Source: Octopus sinensis (Eukaryota). Taken from it: a stretch of 64,000 nucleotides of DNA. Below are positions 63,140-64,000 of this stretch, in pieces. The notes beneath the pieces were generated by a model that saw only the letters and a list, made by a program, of their open reading frames with translations, searched no databases and was not told the DNA's origin. The DNA is taken from the NCBI RefSeq assembly GCF_006345805.1, contig NC_042998.1:1488001-1552000 (forward strand). Direction: 5' to 3'. The first letter of the stretch is position 1. Every line of letters starts with the position of its first letter. The translations under genes were made by a program, and so were the position numbers.

Positions 63140-63760
63140 CGCAGATGTTGCAAGATGCGTCATCAGTGATGATTTTGGATGTTTTAGGAGGTTTCGAATC
63201 TCGCAACTTCATACCCTTTCGCCCACTTCATCCAAACCGGGTTTATCAACTACCATATTGTATCGCAGTTGCAACAAACCACCGGCCTACCCCCCTTTAT
63301 CCAAAGCCACGAAGCGGCATTCTCTGCAGTTTCAAGAATAAAATCCACGGCACCTCTTCTTTGATGCATCATCAGCAACTCAAAGCCCATTCAATGCTTT
63401 GCAGAATAAACACAGCCCACCTCAGCCCTGATTTCTACACTGATCTACCAGCGCTTGGTATTTAGCAAGCCACTTCTTTTTATATTCTTCTCAGAGCATA
63501 GTTACTTCCCACGTGATCACCTGTTTGGTAGAATTTGAGATTACTGTGTCTGAGCCGAGCGTTGTTGGTTCGATATGATCTGGAAACTTCGCGAAACCCA
63601 CTCTAAGCTGGCAGTCTAGGGCTGGGAAGAGTAAGCACAATTGTTGATGTTTCGCAGAAGTGGACTTCTTTCCGTCTCTGAGAAAGGTGGTGGCTTCTTT
63701 CTTTGGGTGATATTTACTGGGTGGAATGATTGTTGATGTCAGACCATTTCGTCAGTAGTA
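63140..63760 (-). pseudogene. HERO-like (R2 superfamily, RLE) non-LTR retrotransposon 3' remnant
   Basis: Minus strand: FPDHIEPTTLGSDTVISNSTKQVITWEVTML*EE..KK..AKYQALVDQCRNQG*...ETAENAASWLWIK, matching the FP.HI..T.LRPDIV...KQV..ELTVPWEE...RK..KY..L...CR..GW...AE.AS.WLW pattern. Followed by a catcactgatga UTR. Confidence 0.7.
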
Positions 63761-63814
63761 GCGGTTATCGGTTAAAGCCCTGGAACGATAAAAATGACAT
63801 AAATAATTCTTTCT

Positions 63815-63930
63815 AATTTTGGCACAAGGCCAGCAATTTTGATGGGAGAGGACAAGTTGTTTACATCGACTCCAGTGCTAAAATGGTACTTATTTTATCG
63901 AGACCCGAGAGATGAAAGGAAACGTCCACT
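63815..63930 (-). mobile_element. SINE family B 3' half
   Basis: aattttggcacaaggccagcaatttt...catcgactccagtg...ggtacttattttatcg. Confidence 0.8.
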
Positions 63931-64000
63931 GCAGCAGAGTTTAACCCATCGTGGGCCGGCGGGGTCCCTTGGGACACCAGAAAATTTTAAAAGTTACGCA

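Overview
This is AT-rich, microsatellite-saturated animal genomic DNA. The SINE families and LINE/mariner remnants suggest an octopus (inference, not a database match). No host protein-coding gene can be named. Nearly all ORFs in the track are translations of (TA)n, (CA)n, (TATG)n or (GATA)n repeats. The window is a layered mobile-element landscape. It holds four or more tRNA-derived SINE families with swappable heads and tails. It holds non-LTR remnants of several clades (R4/Dong-like, HERO-like, RTE-BovB-like, RTE-X-like, and a well-preserved 1.67 kb CR1-group RT piece). DNA transposon remnants include a full-length decayed DD34D mariner, a maT-like remnant and a hAT/Buster remnant. There are also Penelope-type terminal repeats with hammerhead-like cores, a tRNA-Asp pseudogene and a 100-N gap. 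The most interesting observations: (1) the CR1-like LINE and the commonest SINE share a 39-nt 3' tail whose stem-loop shows a double compensatory change, suggesting a LINE-SINE partner pair; (2) a tRNA-Asp copy sits directly upstream of that tail and may be a nascent SINE; (3) several twin-priming-like inversions, including one ending a 357-bp tandem array; (4) a 167-bp near-perfect fold-back; (5) a minimal hammerhead ribozyme motif; (6) a ~1.6 kb tandem duplication carrying a candidate minus-strand exon pair. No bacterial-type system (CRISPR, operon) is supported. Boundaries of degraded repeats are approximate and were read by eye.
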